NCBI GenBank assembly: GCA_039621445.1
Contig: CP154954.1
Coordinates: 2,480,001-2,544,000, forward strand
DNA: 64,000 bases
Direction of reading: 5' to 3'
DNA from: Euglena gracilis
Lineage: Eukaryota
Shown here: positions 63,901 to 64,000 of the stretch, in pieces
Layout of the letters: every line of letters begins with the position of its first letter
Numbering within the stretch: position 1 is the stretch's first letter
The notes under the pieces: model-generated
The model's database searches: none
What the model saw: the letters and a program-made list of their open reading frames with translations, nothing else
What the model was told of the DNA's origin: nothing
Translations under genes and position numbers: made by a program

Positions 63901-64000
63901 CACTTGGTGACCCCAGGGGTGAGGGCACTTTTGCCTGTGCCCAAACCCACCCAACCCACTGTTCTTGAAAACCCAGCCACCCACAACAGGGTGGTCAACC

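Overview
Eukaryotic, repeat-dense DNA; intron architecture suggests a euglenid (inference, no search run). No prokaryotic operons, rRNA, tRNA or CRISPR seen, and most ORF-track entries are spurious. Main contents: (1) Short GC-rich exons of glycosyltransferase-like genes (a clear GT31 KVDDD exon, GT90/CAP10-like exons) plus an RRM exon on the minus strand. (2) Many MITE-like elements with CAG/CAT...CTG/ATG terminal inverted repeats (TIRs) and 8-bp target-site duplications (TSDs). Several interrupt coding sequence. Cutting 3 nt before the left TIR and 5 nt after the right TIR removes exactly the element plus one TSD and rebuilds an open frame across consecutive junctions. This matches the known geometry of euglenid nonconventional introns, pointing to hAT-like MITEs acting as introners; it is the most interesting signal here. 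(3) A near-identical duplication of 1-8473 at 26029-35142, and an exon-containing ~650-bp tandem array in three clusters. (4) A 5'-truncated ~9.6-kb non-LTR retrotransposon (ORF1; ORF2 with APE, RT, RNase H and CCHC) whose long C-terminal extension carries an unannotated tandem domain, with a structured 3' UTR and a (CCA)n tail. Homopolymer errors and noisy G-rich tracts indicate imperfect long-read consensus, so frameshifts and duplications need raw-read checks.
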